DNA of 64,000 nucleotides from Conidiobolus incongruus B7586 (Eukaryota): NCBI GenBank assembly GCA_000697335.1, contig JNEM01013522.1, positions 1 to 64,000 of the forward strand, read 5' to 3'. Shown piece by piece: positions 41,201 to 53,899 of this stretch (position 1 is its first letter; each line of letters starts with the position of its first letter). The notes under the pieces were generated by a model. It saw only the letters and a program-made list of their open reading frames with translations, ran no database searches and was not told where the DNA came from. The position numbers and the translations under genes were made by a program.

Positions 41201-43134
41201 ATTTCCGCATAAAACAAAAACTTAGAACAAATGTTAATCAGTCAAACATTTTTCCATCCACCTTTTTTTGAATAACATAATTCTAAACCAATGGTAAACA
41301 TTTAATCCCTTTACACAGTATTTAAAATTCATCTTTTAAATTACACCCTTAATTGCAAAATGTAAATTAGGAATGTTATCAAATCTCTTTCTTAGAATCA
41401 ATTTCTTCAGCTTACCAAAATAATCATAATCACAAAGAATCATATATAGTGAATATGATGTATCGGGTGATAAAAACAAGTTTTATTATAATTATACTTT
41501 ATATTATTTTAGATATATCAATATTTTAATTATATAACATTAAAGTTTTGACTATATTTTCTCACCAATTAATAAATTTATTTTTTTATATCTGAAAAAT
41601 ATTTTATTATTATATCTCATTTTTGCTGGTAATAATTAGTTGAACTAAATATTATTACTATTTAAAATTAATAATTACAATTGATTTTTTTTGAGATAAA
41701 TTTTACTTTGGTATTTATATTAATAACTTTAATTTTCAATTAAACCATTTTATATTCCTTGGTAATAAATCATATATTGTTATCTATGATTTATCTATTG
41801 TAATAATTTTTAATTATAATAGGATAACTATGATGATGACATAAATTGGTTATATATTTTCTCTTATATATTTGAATTTAATTAAAACCATGAAATACCT
41901 TTATTATTAATTTAAAATAACCAAAGCTTAAAATGTTTATCATAGTTTATCTTATACATTTATTGTTTATTATCTTATTCAATTTGGTTTCTAAACTTTA
42001 ATTAATGCAAAATTAATAATATAAATTTACCTATATTGCTTAATAAGAGTATAACAGAATTAATACTAAATTATAAAATTTACTTTATTTTTTTAACTAA
42101 GATATTTGTTTAATATTCGAAAATATATATTATTTAATTTATATTTCTATAATTATTGGTAAATCAAAAATGGCCGAGACAAAGTAATTATTGTATATTT
42201 GATTTGCCAGTTTTAAATCAACTACAATATTTTTCAATAGTGTGGTTAAAGAGCCTTTTGCCACCAGTTGCTACTTGTAAACTTTTATATGTAGTTTATA
42301 CAAAATATTGTGTATAATATGATAATTATTTAAATTTTCTTTGTTTAATTCTGGTAAAATTTGAAATTAAATGATTTGTTATATTGATATTGATTGAAAT
42401 TTCTTTAGAAAGTTGTATTATATATTTAATGAATTATTTAATAATTTTTCAATTATTATGATTTATAAAATAATGTTTGATTATAACAAATGAATTTCCT
42501 AGTTAAACCACTCTATTTGTTAAGAGACTAGTTCTCTAAATTCTATATATAACTTCATGTTTATATTAAGTTTTAATTTCCTAAGTCATTTATACTTGTA
42601 AGGTTAATTTAATTGTATGAGTAATATTAATTTAGCTAAGCATGGTTCCTCTTCTTCCTTTTAATATCTTACTATTCTTCTCTAATTATTGTCATTCACT
42701 ATTATTTTCTAAAATTTGAGACTATTTCTATCAATATTATATTCTTATTGATAAAACTTAATATATTTTCTGATATAATTATATTAACTTGTTTATTTTG
42801 AATCTTAAATAAACTCAATGATATATTAAATTACTCACGTCACTACCAATTTAAGCCTTCCTTTGCACTATATTGGTTCTATCATCAAATTATACCACAC
42901 TATTCAATACAATCTATCTTGGGAATACTTTTTTCAATTGTTTTTTAATTTATATACATTAGTTAAAATTTGAATTGTTGACTATGCTATGAATTTATCT
43001 CAATTATTTAATTAACTGTATCAAGCTATATAAACAATTGTCATGGTGTCATTTTAGATTAATTTAATTTTATTATATATTATCTTATCTATTTTAATAT
43101 ATGGCTTTGTAAAATATTCCAATTGGTGAAAATA

Positions 43135-44542
43135 TGTTGCTATCACAAGATATTGCCTTTCAAAGCATTTAATTATACCATGAACATTTGGAATTTTTCT
43201 TCCAGTTTACAGTTTTTATAAACTATTTGAGATAAGAGAAAAAGTGAAGATCACTAGTCTATCCAAGTGCCTCAGAACTATATTCACTCTCTTGAATTTT
43301 AGACAAGATTACATGAACAACAACTCTATATATTTCTTTAATAGAAGGATTTAATCTCGGTATTTTGAGGCTAATGGTTTGATTCAAAATAATTCATTGA
43401 ATAAATTATATCATAAATTTAATGGTGAGTAAACTTTATATCATTCGGATATTCACATTTATTAATAAATCAATAATAGATAGAGTCGATTACAAGTATT
43501 TAAGCTACATTTACAACGATTTAACTTGTATTACTTCATTGACAGTGCGTCAAGGAGATGGAAAATATTTAAAACAATTATATTTCCACAATTAGCACAA
43601 TTGAGTTTAAATAATGTTAAAATACGGGAATATCCCTTTATAACAATGTTGAATTCATTGTCAAGATTAGATGAGCTAACTTTAATTCACATTAGCATTT
43701 TGCAATATTCAGCCCGGTTCCAATTCTATTAAAAATATTCAACTATCGAGATCTTTAGGGAAATCATATTTTGAATCTTGCTACCTCGTAGCCGGATATT
43801 TGTCGAATAGTATTATCGGATCCCCCAACCATCCTGCTAGAGTGTCGGAAGTTCAATATCTCAAATTTCACCTCCAATATTTACCCTACCTCAAACACTT
43901 AACCAATGATTATGAGTCATCAATTTTCAAAAATTGCCCAATTTTTATATCTCAATCCCCAACCTCAAACACTCAATACTTATTTATGGGTTCAAAATGA
44001 ATCCTATTATCAATTCCTTGAATACTGTAAGAATTTAGAAAGTTTAAAATTTTACTGCATGAAGATAACCCAGGAAAATTTATCACAATATCATTTTCCA
44101 TTATTATGGTATTTGAAATAGTTTCAATTTACGAATATTGACCCAAATTACTTTCCCTACCTAGAAAGCATGTGCTTAGCTTGCCCCAATTTGAAAGAAT
44201 TACAGGTTGATTATAAGAAGGAATGGATATTATCATTGAGTTCTACTACCAAAACTATGAAATTTGAAATCAATGACAATTCTCAATCGAATACCGAGCC
44301 AAGACTTCTTCATGAATTTGACCAATCAATCAAATTTGGAATTTATCCAACTTTAAGGTGTCAGTGCACAGGATATTAGTTTAAATCAATTTTAAAGTTT
44401 ACCAAAGTTGAAATATGTTAAAATTTCAAAATGGTATCAAGATTATGATTCACATTCTTTATTGAGGCTTTTCAAAAGGTTCAAAAATCGGACTTGTATT
44501 CTAGCTAAAGAAGGTTCGATGTATTGTTATAACAATAAATAG
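43135..44542 (+). pseudogene. F-box/LRR pseudogene with the subfamily intron (GTGAGT ~43424 ... TAG ~43479)
   Basis: Pieces LQYLPYLKHLT, FLYLNPQPQTL, MCLACPNLKEL and a terminal MYCYNNK*. Multiple frameshifts. Confidence 0.8.
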
Positions 44543-45341
44543 ACAACAATTCTATAGATTTTTGCAATTCTAAATTAATTCTAAAAATTTTCCATGATTT
44601 CTTTAATTAATATTACCTCAAATTAGTATATTAATAACCTTGGTGAATATTATTTTAGTTAATAAAATATTTGATTCAAAATATTAATAAAATAGTTATT
44701 TTGGTATATGATTTAATGTGTATATTATTAGTTTAGTTTCAATAAATGAATTATCTTGAGTTCAAAATTGTTTAATATATACATAAAAACGGAAACTACT
44801 TTGATATTAATTTAAGGAGCCTTGAGCAATACTTTTAAAATCTAATCATTGTGAAACCTTTTTAAATAGTTTTATATTAGGTGAAGTTAATTAGTCCAAA
44901 AACGATTGAAATTCTTCAATATTTGTAAAATTAACAGATTGGCGGTGATAAAAAATATTTTATATCAAAAGTTCAAATACATATTAATTTCATATATAAA
45001 ATTATTATATTGTTGATGGATTTACTAAATATTTAGGATTCTACTAATTCATTACTGATATTGAAAAATGCTAATATCTACCTGATTGGCTAATTCTCGA
45101 GATGGTATGATATTTGTTAGATATTATTGGATTGGACACACACACCACTTAAAGATATAATTAGGTTATAGAATGGCATTCAATAATTTAAATTAGGTAT
45201 AGTAAGATTATTAAACCATCTAAAAAGATTTCATCTATTCTAAAATAATGTATTTCAATTAACAATTTGATAATTGAATGATTATTAAATTCAAATAATT
45301 TGTATATAGATAAAAAATTTTTAATTTTAATAATAAAAACT

Positions 45342-46610
45342 TTAAGCGGCACCCAATTTAGCCTAAAATTGGATTTAGATAAATATATTGGGGAATTATT
45401 AAATAAGTAACTTACCAAAGCTTTGACACCTTGTTCTTCCCACTCGGCTTTTGTGACCCAGGCAGTGGGTTTGTCTTTGAGAAGGTTGGCGAGCACAGCT
45501 CCTCCGAGGAAGACCATGTGACGACGACTAGGAGGATCGTCAATATTGATTTTGAAGTTGGCGAGACGGGATACGTCACCTTGGAGGACGTGAGTAAGGT
45601 AAAGTTGCTTCATTTCCTTTTCGAGGCGAGATGGGAGACCTGGATACATAGTAGAACCACCAGATAATACTATGTGGCGGTAGAGTTCGGGACGGAGATC
45701 GAGATCGGCACTGTTGATGACTTGGTGCAAGAGCTCAGCTACACCAGGAGATTCACAGTCCACCAATTCGGGTTGGAATAAACATTCAGGAGCTTCGAAA
45801 CGCTCAGATCCGATTTTGATGACACGACCGTCGGGAAGTGTATACTGTTCCATGAGGACGGTTGTTTCTGTAGCTAATTTTTTGTCGAGGTTAAGGTCGT
45901 AAGAAACATAACATAATTTCTCTTTGATTTGACGAACAGTTTCGAAATCAGCAGTACGGTTGAAGTTGTAACCTCTAAGTTGTAATAATTTAATCAAGTA
46001 ACGGGTCACATCACGACCGGCAATATCCAAACGTTTGGTCAAATGAGGTAGTGAATAACCTTGATATACTGGAATAATGTGAGTCACACCATCACCGGAA
46101 TCAACAACAACACCAGTCAATAAACCTTGAGCATAAAGGGTTAAAACAGCTTGAATAGCTACGTAAAAGCCTTCAAATTGGTATTCTTCCAACATCACTT
46201 CGGCCATCTTTTCCCTATTGGCCTTAGGATTCATAGGAGGTTCAGTCAACAATACCTTACATTCCTTGGGATCGCACTTTAATTTTTCGTAAAAAGTATA
46301 ATTCCAAAGGTGACGCATATCCTCCCAATTGCGAATAATACCATTTTCCAAAGGATAAGACATCTGTAAAATAGAACGTAATTCTGCAGCTTCGTCACCA
46401 ACCATAATATCTTTAACTTCGCGGTCTCCGATCTGTTCTTCGGCTCTCAACATGGGTCTTCCTACAACTGATGGGAAAACGTGGGATGGGAAGTTGGAAC
46501 CTGCATAACCTACTTTAGCAAACTAAATCCATAATTAATATGGCATTAATAATTAATTCTAATCTACATACACCTGTACCGTTATCAACGACTAGAACTT
46601 TATCACTCAT
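45342..46610 (-). CDS. ARP2: Actin-related protein 2 (Arp2/3 complex subunit), 3 exons (46610-46572, 46522-45416, 45362-45342), 388 aa
   Basis: [101 protein letters not shown] and C-term QGVKAL|AKLGAA*. Introns of 49 and 53 nt with GT-AG ends. Confidence 0.97.
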
Positions 46611-47336
46611 GAGAATAATTTAATACTAATAACAATTAATTAATAAACACTCTTATTTATTTATTTATATTAATATGATTTGATTTACTATTATTGATTT
46701 TAAGAATGAATTAAAAATAAGAAGTAACTGAATGAACGATTTTATTCATTTATTAATTAAAATCACAATGATGATGTGTTAAATTGATATAATTTTTTGT
46801 GAATAATTTGTCCCAATTTTAATTTGAAATTACTATAACAAGGTATAATAAAGAATTGTGTTAAATATTACATTTTTCTAATATGAATTTATAAATAATC
46901 ATTGTTTTTTATAAATATTATAAATTTTCATAATTCAATTAAATAATAAATATTTAACTAATATTGATATTTATCTTTAAGATATTTGATAAATATCATT
47001 AACAATCTAATTTATTATAATTTTCACTATAATGACAAATAATTCAACAATAATCACATAAAATAATTATGATAATTGATATTATAAATAATGTTTAACG
47101 CTGTAAAGCTTTTAAATTTATTCATTTTACAATGATTATTTTTATATTCTAATATATTTTTTTACTTTGATGATTTTCAAGCATTGTTTACATCAAGTAA
47201 TTAAAATTTCAATACCCATAAATTCAATTTAATTTCCAAAAACTATAAAAATCTGATCCAAAATGCTAATCAAAATATTAATTCATAATACTAGTATAAA
47301 TTTAATAATAGAAATTAATAATAAATATATATCAAA

Positions 47337-48349
47337 ATGGAACAAGCTTCTCAAATTTTATCTCAAGCACTATTAAGTGGAATGGTAATTTTCTTACTAA
47401 TATCAAATCATAAATGTATGACTTATTAATTTAATTTAGACAATGACAAATAAAGAATGTCAACAATGTCAAGTAAGTAAAATAAACTACTTTGAAAAAA
47501 TTTAATGTTAATATCCTTTTGTTAGTCACCTTTGATGAGGCCTCGCAATTCTAAAGATGCTAAATGTGTAGTTTGCGAAGAATTGCAATCCCAACAAACC
47601 AAAGAGCAAGTTGAAACAAACGAAGTTTATAAAGCTCAAGGTTCACAAGAAATTTTTAACGATACCCAAATTTCAAACCAAACCCCGGCTCATGATACTT
47701 TTACCCAGAATTCTAACCAACCTTCAAAAGAGAGAGCAAGTGAATTAATTGGACAAAAAATGTTGCAAGGATGGACCATGCTCCAAGAATATTGTCAGAA
47801 TCCCAATTGTATACCTGTAACTAACACTATTAACAAACACAATATACACTATATTAATATTTGGATAGGTACCATTAGTTCGCAATCGAGATTTAATCAG
47901 TTTATGCGTATTGTGTAATACTCAATACTTGAGAGAATCTGATTTTGATAAGAATTTACATTCGAAATTGAATTTGGTTAATCAAAAGAAGGTTAGCAAT
48001 ATCAATGTCAATGCTGATGCTTTTGGTTCTAAACCTGACGAAATGACTAAAAATGAAAATTCTGAGGTAAATTTATTAATATTTATATTGTTGAATGTAC
48101 TCATTAATTAATTTTTTTGAAATTTTATAGATTAAATCCGATCAAACTACGACTACATCATTTACAATTCCCTGTGATCTACCCAACATCAATACAGATA
48201 TTAAATCCCAACTAGAAGCTACCATCCATCATAAACTGCACTCCTTAAATGAAAAATTAAAAACCAGTGACAATTTACAAGAAATTCAAGACTTATTAAA
48301 AACTATTGATCAAGCTATAATCACTTTAAATAGCTGTAAAAAATTATAA
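47337..48349 (+). CDS. SSSCA1/ZNRD2-like (Auto_anti-p27) protein with two zinc-ribbon repeats, 5 exons (47337-47384, 47440-47472, 47526-47816, 47869-48066, 48131-48349), 262 aa
   Basis: Repeat 1 ASQILSQALLSGMTMTNKECQQCQSPLM...CVVC and repeat 2 ASELIGQKMLQGWTMLQEYCQNPNCIPVPLV...CVLC, then a helical C-terminus. Four phase-0 GT-AG introns give an open frame. Confidence 0.85.
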
Positions 48350-48750
48350 AATAAATTAAATTTTGACATTTAGTTATTTATAACAATTTTAAGTTTTTGG
48401 TTTTAAAAAAAATTCTAAATTTTTTTATCAAAATTTATATTGAATTCATTTTGGTTTATATAATTTGAGTATAAATTTTAAGCTTGAGTTAATTATCACC
48501 ACTGTATAACAAACAGACAGTCCTCATTGTGATTTTTAGCGAGATCGTTCTAACTTTCTCTAGGTATAAATTTCTTATTAGTCAACACATTCATTTTATA
48601 TAAATTTTTTACAATTACAAATTCTATCTTTATTATATTTTGAGCCAATTTATCCAAATGTAATATATTTTTGATAATAAACTGATATAATAATTCAATC
48701 AAATTTATATAAACGAGAAAATATTTATTCATTAATTAAATATAAATTTA

Positions 48751-50033
48751 TTAAATTTTACACAACAGTGCACCTTGATTATCATGATATGAACCGACCA
48801 ACAACTTGGAAGTATCGACCCATTCGGCATTGGTTGGCAAATTGAAGGATTTACCATTATCTTCAATTAAAGGATGAATTTGGTACCTCTTGCCAAAGAA
48901 GATATTCTCCCCCGTTTCATTCTTGACACCGAGTACCTGGAAGGGTATAGGCAAATCCAGGTTGAATTTGGCAATATGGGATAATTGATTGGCAACAACA
49001 GTATGATACTGAGTGGGCCCGACAACGTACAATTCACCAGTCTTAGGATTTTGAGTGAGGTCGCGAGGCATGAATTCCAAATTAGCAGTTTCTTTTAAAT
49101 TGAGATCGCCATTATCTTCATCCCTTTCGAAAATCAATAATTTGCCTTTGAAAGATTCTGTAACGTAAATTAATTGATCGTTCCAATTGGAGGAAATACT
49201 GCTGGGTGCGTAAAGACCATTCCACTCTGGGATTAACTCACCATCGTAGTATCTGATGATTGATCCACCTGCGAAAGCTCCTAATCCTTCCAAAGATCTC
49301 TTAAAGCCTGCAGAATGTTGATTGGTGTTGATCAAATAAAATTCATCTGCACCAACTACGACCAAATCCTTGGGGTTCTTTAACAATCCAGTATTTTGAA
49401 TACTTTTAACATACTTGAAAGTGTTGGTACTACTAGAATATTCAAACTGTTCAACTGAAAATCCTGCCAATTCCAATTTGTTAATAATAAAATAGTGAAG
49501 AAGACTGGAATCTTTCTCAGAAGGTTTGAAACCGTACCCAACAGGTTGTAACTTTAAACATTTTGGCAAATTGTCAAATTGTAATTTATTAAAAGATTTT
49601 GACTACACAGTTATCATTAAGTATGAATATGGTATTGAGAAATTTAATATGGTATTACCTTAACGTTGTAGCTCTTCAACTCACCACTAACTTTATTACC
49701 ACCTAGCAAGTTAAAAGGATTTAAAAATCTTCCAATTTGGTATCAATAGATTGACGACAAATTGTAAAAGTGTTATCTGTTCCTATAAAATGTTTGAATT
49801 CGCTACAACCCTTTAACTCTGCATGTTTCAAAATTAATCAACATAATATATAAAATGTGCTCGTCAAGTTTACCTTTTATTAATGAACATTTTTTATTAT
49901 TAATAGGTTGATATGTATTCAAGATATTACCGTTATTAATAATAAATAATAAAGTATTCTGAAAGATAACACCTATTACTACTACAATGATGCTTATAAT
50001 ACCAATTAATGTTATCACTTTTTAAATGTTCAT
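48751..50033 (-). CDS. Paraoxonase/arylesterase-like (calcium-dependent phosphotriesterase fold) membrane-anchored beta-propeller, 3 exons (50033-49874, 49818-49659, 49602-48751), with two apparent lesions
   Basis: N-terminal hydrophobic anchor, C..IK.ELKGC, KNPKDLVVVGADEFYLIN, IYVTESF, IEDNGK and LLVGSYH...LLCKI* resemble the PON family. As read there is a TAA at codon 4 and a -1 frameshift in exon 2 (~49723-49727). Exon 3 is fully open. Confidence 0.7.
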
Positions 50034-51063
50034 TTCTCGTTTATTTATTAATAAAAAAGAAAATTCTGAATAAAAACTGAATTGTATATTATGATTATAG
50101 CTAATATGATTTGTGACATCATCAAATTGTGTTAAAAAATAATTTATTTTTGGATTATTCTGGTAAAAAAAGATAAAAATATTCCAATATTTTAAAAATA
50201 ATTATTTTTAAACTTGATTGGTAAAATATAATAATTATGAATAAATTTTAGTATAAAAATAATATTGTTTACAATTTAGTTAATTGATGTTTTATAATTT
50301 TGATATATTCGACGATTATAAACACAAATTCAATTTACCAAATAATTGAGTATTACTAGAGAATTAAATATATTTATTTTCAAAATATCATACCTAAATT
50401 TAATATTGAACCATGAGCAAAAGTGTTTATACCTCTTTAATAAGTCAAGCAAAATCAACATTAATTTTAACAATGCTGGATTTATTAAAATATATACTTC
50501 ATTGTTATAGTCTTTCTATACAATTATTCCCTATTCGATAAATAGAAAAAATATGAAATCATAATATATACATATATATGAAGCATTACCAAAGTATAGT
50601 ATATACCCTATATTAGAAAGTCAGAATTGAGCTGAGATAAGTATTATAGATTTTGCAGTTATTGTTTCAAAAGTAATAACATATATTCGATATAGAGATC
50701 CAGAATATTTTTTGTAAACATTGTGTTGATTAATTATTTGGGTTTAAATTTGCACAGTAGAATCATATGATTTTTTAAAAAATCAAAAACAACTTAGAAA
50801 AATCAAATTTTCAATTATATAGAATTGTAAAACTGATTATTAGTTGCATAGTATATGTATATAAAATGACACTAAGCATTTAAATGGTTTATAAAATACC
50901 AAGCTAAATGAGGCATTTAATCTGTTATTAAAATTTTTTATTATTTGTTAAATTTTAATTTCACAATCAAATATATTCAAAATTTCTCCTGTAGCACAAT
51001 ATTCAATTTGGTAAAAGTATCGTGAGTACAAAAATTATGGATAAAACTCCACAAACGGAAGGA

Positions 51064-51070
51064 TATAAAT
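51064..51070 (+). promoter_or_regulatory. TATA box (TATAAAT) upstream of the small secreted protein gene
   Basis: GGATATAAATAG ~54 bp upstream of ATG 51118. Confidence 0.45.
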
Positions 51071-51117
51071 AGACTGAATAACCTAGTGATTATACACTAT
51101 CTTCATTGTTATTCAAA

Positions 51118-51414
51118 ATGATTAAACAGTTATTGAAATTTGTTTTAGTTTTCGGTTTGATTTCTAGTTCTCCTATTGAAAATGAAATGGATAATGTTAA
51201 CGGATTGATTAATGTTGAATCTCAAGATTCTAAAAGATATGTTCCAGACAATGTATTGCTCGTACCATTGCAGAGAGATCAAAGTTTCGAAAGTATTGAA
51301 GAGAATAATCCTTCTATCATTCAAACTGGGCCTTTTTTGATTGAAATTAAAAATATCTTAAATCATCCTTCCTCTCAAAATATCCATCCTATTGCTTTAG
51401 TTCGCACTAATTAG
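51118..51414 (+). CDS. Small secreted protein (98 aa): signal peptide, acidic pro-region, KR site
   Basis: AAAATG start context, MIKQLLKFVLVFGLISS-SPI signal-like N-terminus, SKR-YVP dibasic site. No cysteines and no recognisable family. Confidence 0.7.
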   Translation: MIKQLLKFVLVFGLISSSPIENEMDNVNGLINVESQDSKRYVPDNVLLVPLQRDQSFESIEENNPSIIQTGPFLIEIKNILNHPSSQNIHPIALVRTN

Positions 51415-51892
51415 CCTTGAGTGATAGATAAACATTATAACCAATTAAATACCAAAACTTATATGTAGTATTAATTTATATTAATTTTTATTTTATATAT
51501 TAAATTAGTCTTAATTATAGTTAATGGAAATAATAAGGATGTTAATTTTGGCAGAATTATCACTTGAAATTAACTTCAAATGTTTCATCTAGACATAATA
51601 TACAAAGTAAATAATTATTTTTTATTTAGATTGATATAGAGTTAATCCTTATTGAATAATTAATTTTCTGTAAGTAGTATAATTAAGAATTTAAGCTGAT
51701 TGAATAATGGTCCTAATAATTTATTTATCATTTAGCAAAATTATACATAAATAATTGTATATATCATTTTAGGTTAATTAATCTTTGAATATATTGATGA
51801 ATACTCGTCAACTAGATACATAACAGAATAAACTGTACTTTGTCGTATCAAATAGCTTACAATAAAATTAATAGAAAAATATAATAGTAAAT

Positions 51893-53290
51893 TTATGTTA
51901 AAGCTTGGATTGGACAACTTTTTTATAGACTTACCTGAAAAAATTTTTTAATACTATCCTCAAATAAAAAAAGCTCCCAAGATATAACGTCTTTTCCTGT
52001 TTTTGTAATCCTCTTTAATTCTGGAAATCTTTCAAATTTAGTAAAATCAATAATACCGTGATTGAAATGGTCCAACATGTGGTTTTCCAACAAGGTCAAA
52101 GGAAGCAATTTGGGCGTAGAATCTTTAGGATTTGTGTAATGTTTATCTTTTAAAATTCCAACTTTGGTATCTGGTATATCACTAAATTATATCTATCAAA
52201 AAATTTGAATTATAGAATAATTTTAATTCTGTCAGATTGGGGTATAATACCAATAGATTCCTAACTACAGACAAACTTATGAGTGAAATGGCTTAGCTAT
52301 ATTGAGTTTAAATCTGACAAAGAGGAATATGTGAACTTGAATCCTCTGGAATATATATAATATAAAATACAATATGTGAATTCTTCAAATACTTGCTTGC
52401 TTTGAAAAATTGTATACGTTGGTCATTATAATGTGAAATCTCTGTAGTGGGATACTTGATATAAAGATTGAGGGACAGAAAGTCGCAGGTAATAGTTAGT
52501 CTATCAATGTTTATGATAAAAGTCAAATCTTGAAGATTGGGTAGATAATTAGGATAAAGATGGAAAGAAATGATCATTGGAATATCGTCATCATAGTTAT
52601 ATTCCAATCTTAAATCATATACCAATTGTGAAAAGAAATTCAAATATCTTAAAGAACTATATAGCGACATATCTTTTACTCTTATTTGTTCTGAGGAGAA
52701 TTTGATGAGATATGTCTTTTATGATTTATAACGTCGGTAAATACCTAAAATCATTAAGTATTTTAATCAAAGACTTTAATGAGATTATAATATCCTCAAT
52801 TTTCAAGTATTTCTAGTTATTGAAAGTATTTGTATTTCATGTATATAAGCATGATATAAACTTATACCAACAGTCAAAATCTTGAGATGAAGTTGGAAAA
52901 ATTCCAACCTTTTCTAAACCAATTGAGATTAACTTTTAAATCTATATTTTACCAAATATTTTAATTAAATTTATATTACTCTAAATTTTAATTAATGAGA
53001 CTTTTTGAGATTAAATCCAAATTAAGTTTTTAATATATAATTTACCAAAATAAATATATATTATCATATTAATACACGTTTTTATTGGTAACAACATTTT
53101 GGTAATTTTTTAAAAATTTTATCACCTAACAATTCATTTTATTATAGATTGGAATTTGATATTTTATAAACCAATTAAATTTATTTGGAGAAATTTCTTA
53201 TATATTTTTTAATTAGTTAAAACAATTACAATTACAAAGTGGTAATCCAATGACCATATTAAATACAGTAACTTTTCTCTATTGTTTTTA
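51893..53290 (-). pseudogene. F-box/LRR pseudogene
   Basis: ORF pieces 52308-52670 (LYPNYLPNLQDLTF, DFLSLNL) and 51923-52108 (IDFTKFERFPELK) match the family. Confidence 0.75.
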
Positions 53291-53899
53291 ACTAGAAATT
53301 TTTTTACAGCTTTAATTTTATGTATTTCATATTTATTATATAAAATAATAGGGATTTTTAAATGATATTAAAGACAACAATTAAAAATAATTTCAATTAA
53401 AAAAATGTGTAACTTATTAATTCATTTCCTTTCAAAAACTAAATAACAGTATTATATACTATTTGAATTTATAATAAAGATAATTGACATTTGTAAACAT
53501 GGGAAGAAATAGACTTTTAGAGCTTAAACAAGGAATCACCAGTGATAAACAATAGATTACTACAAAGTTAAGGGAAATTAAGGAGGTTCACCAAATTAGG
53601 TGAAAATAGCTTACTATAAATCAGGTTCTTCAAATAAAGTAAATATCTCACACTTGTTATAACTCAATACTTTTGAGAGTGTTATGAGAAAAACTTAGAG
53701 ACTAGATACTTTTGAAAATAAAGATAGAAAGATGGGTTTATTAACTTGCTTGTGATAATCTTATATTAGTTTTAATTGCAGATGTTAGTGAATGATAATG
53801 CTTGACAGGTAGAAAATGATGAGTTTAACTTGTGTATAAAATGAGGCATTTTTAATGTGACTTTTTATATCAGTTTAACTAGAGTTTTTTGAGTAATAA

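Noticed and set aside
41158..42517. Tc1-like element bounded by CAGAGTGGTTCAA / TTAAACCACTCTA
   Set aside because: Only ~13 bp of imperfect inverted match, no TA on the right, the left copy falls within an F-box remnant, and no transposase motifs were recognised inside.
45188..45415. Long hydrophobic C-terminal extension of Arp2 in the ORF track
   Set aside because: It is read-through of the 45415-45363 intron. Splicing gives the normal AKLGAA* end.
45431..45902. Plus-strand ORFs 45431 and 45714
   Set aside because: Antisense to ARP2, a by-product of its GC-richer codon usage.
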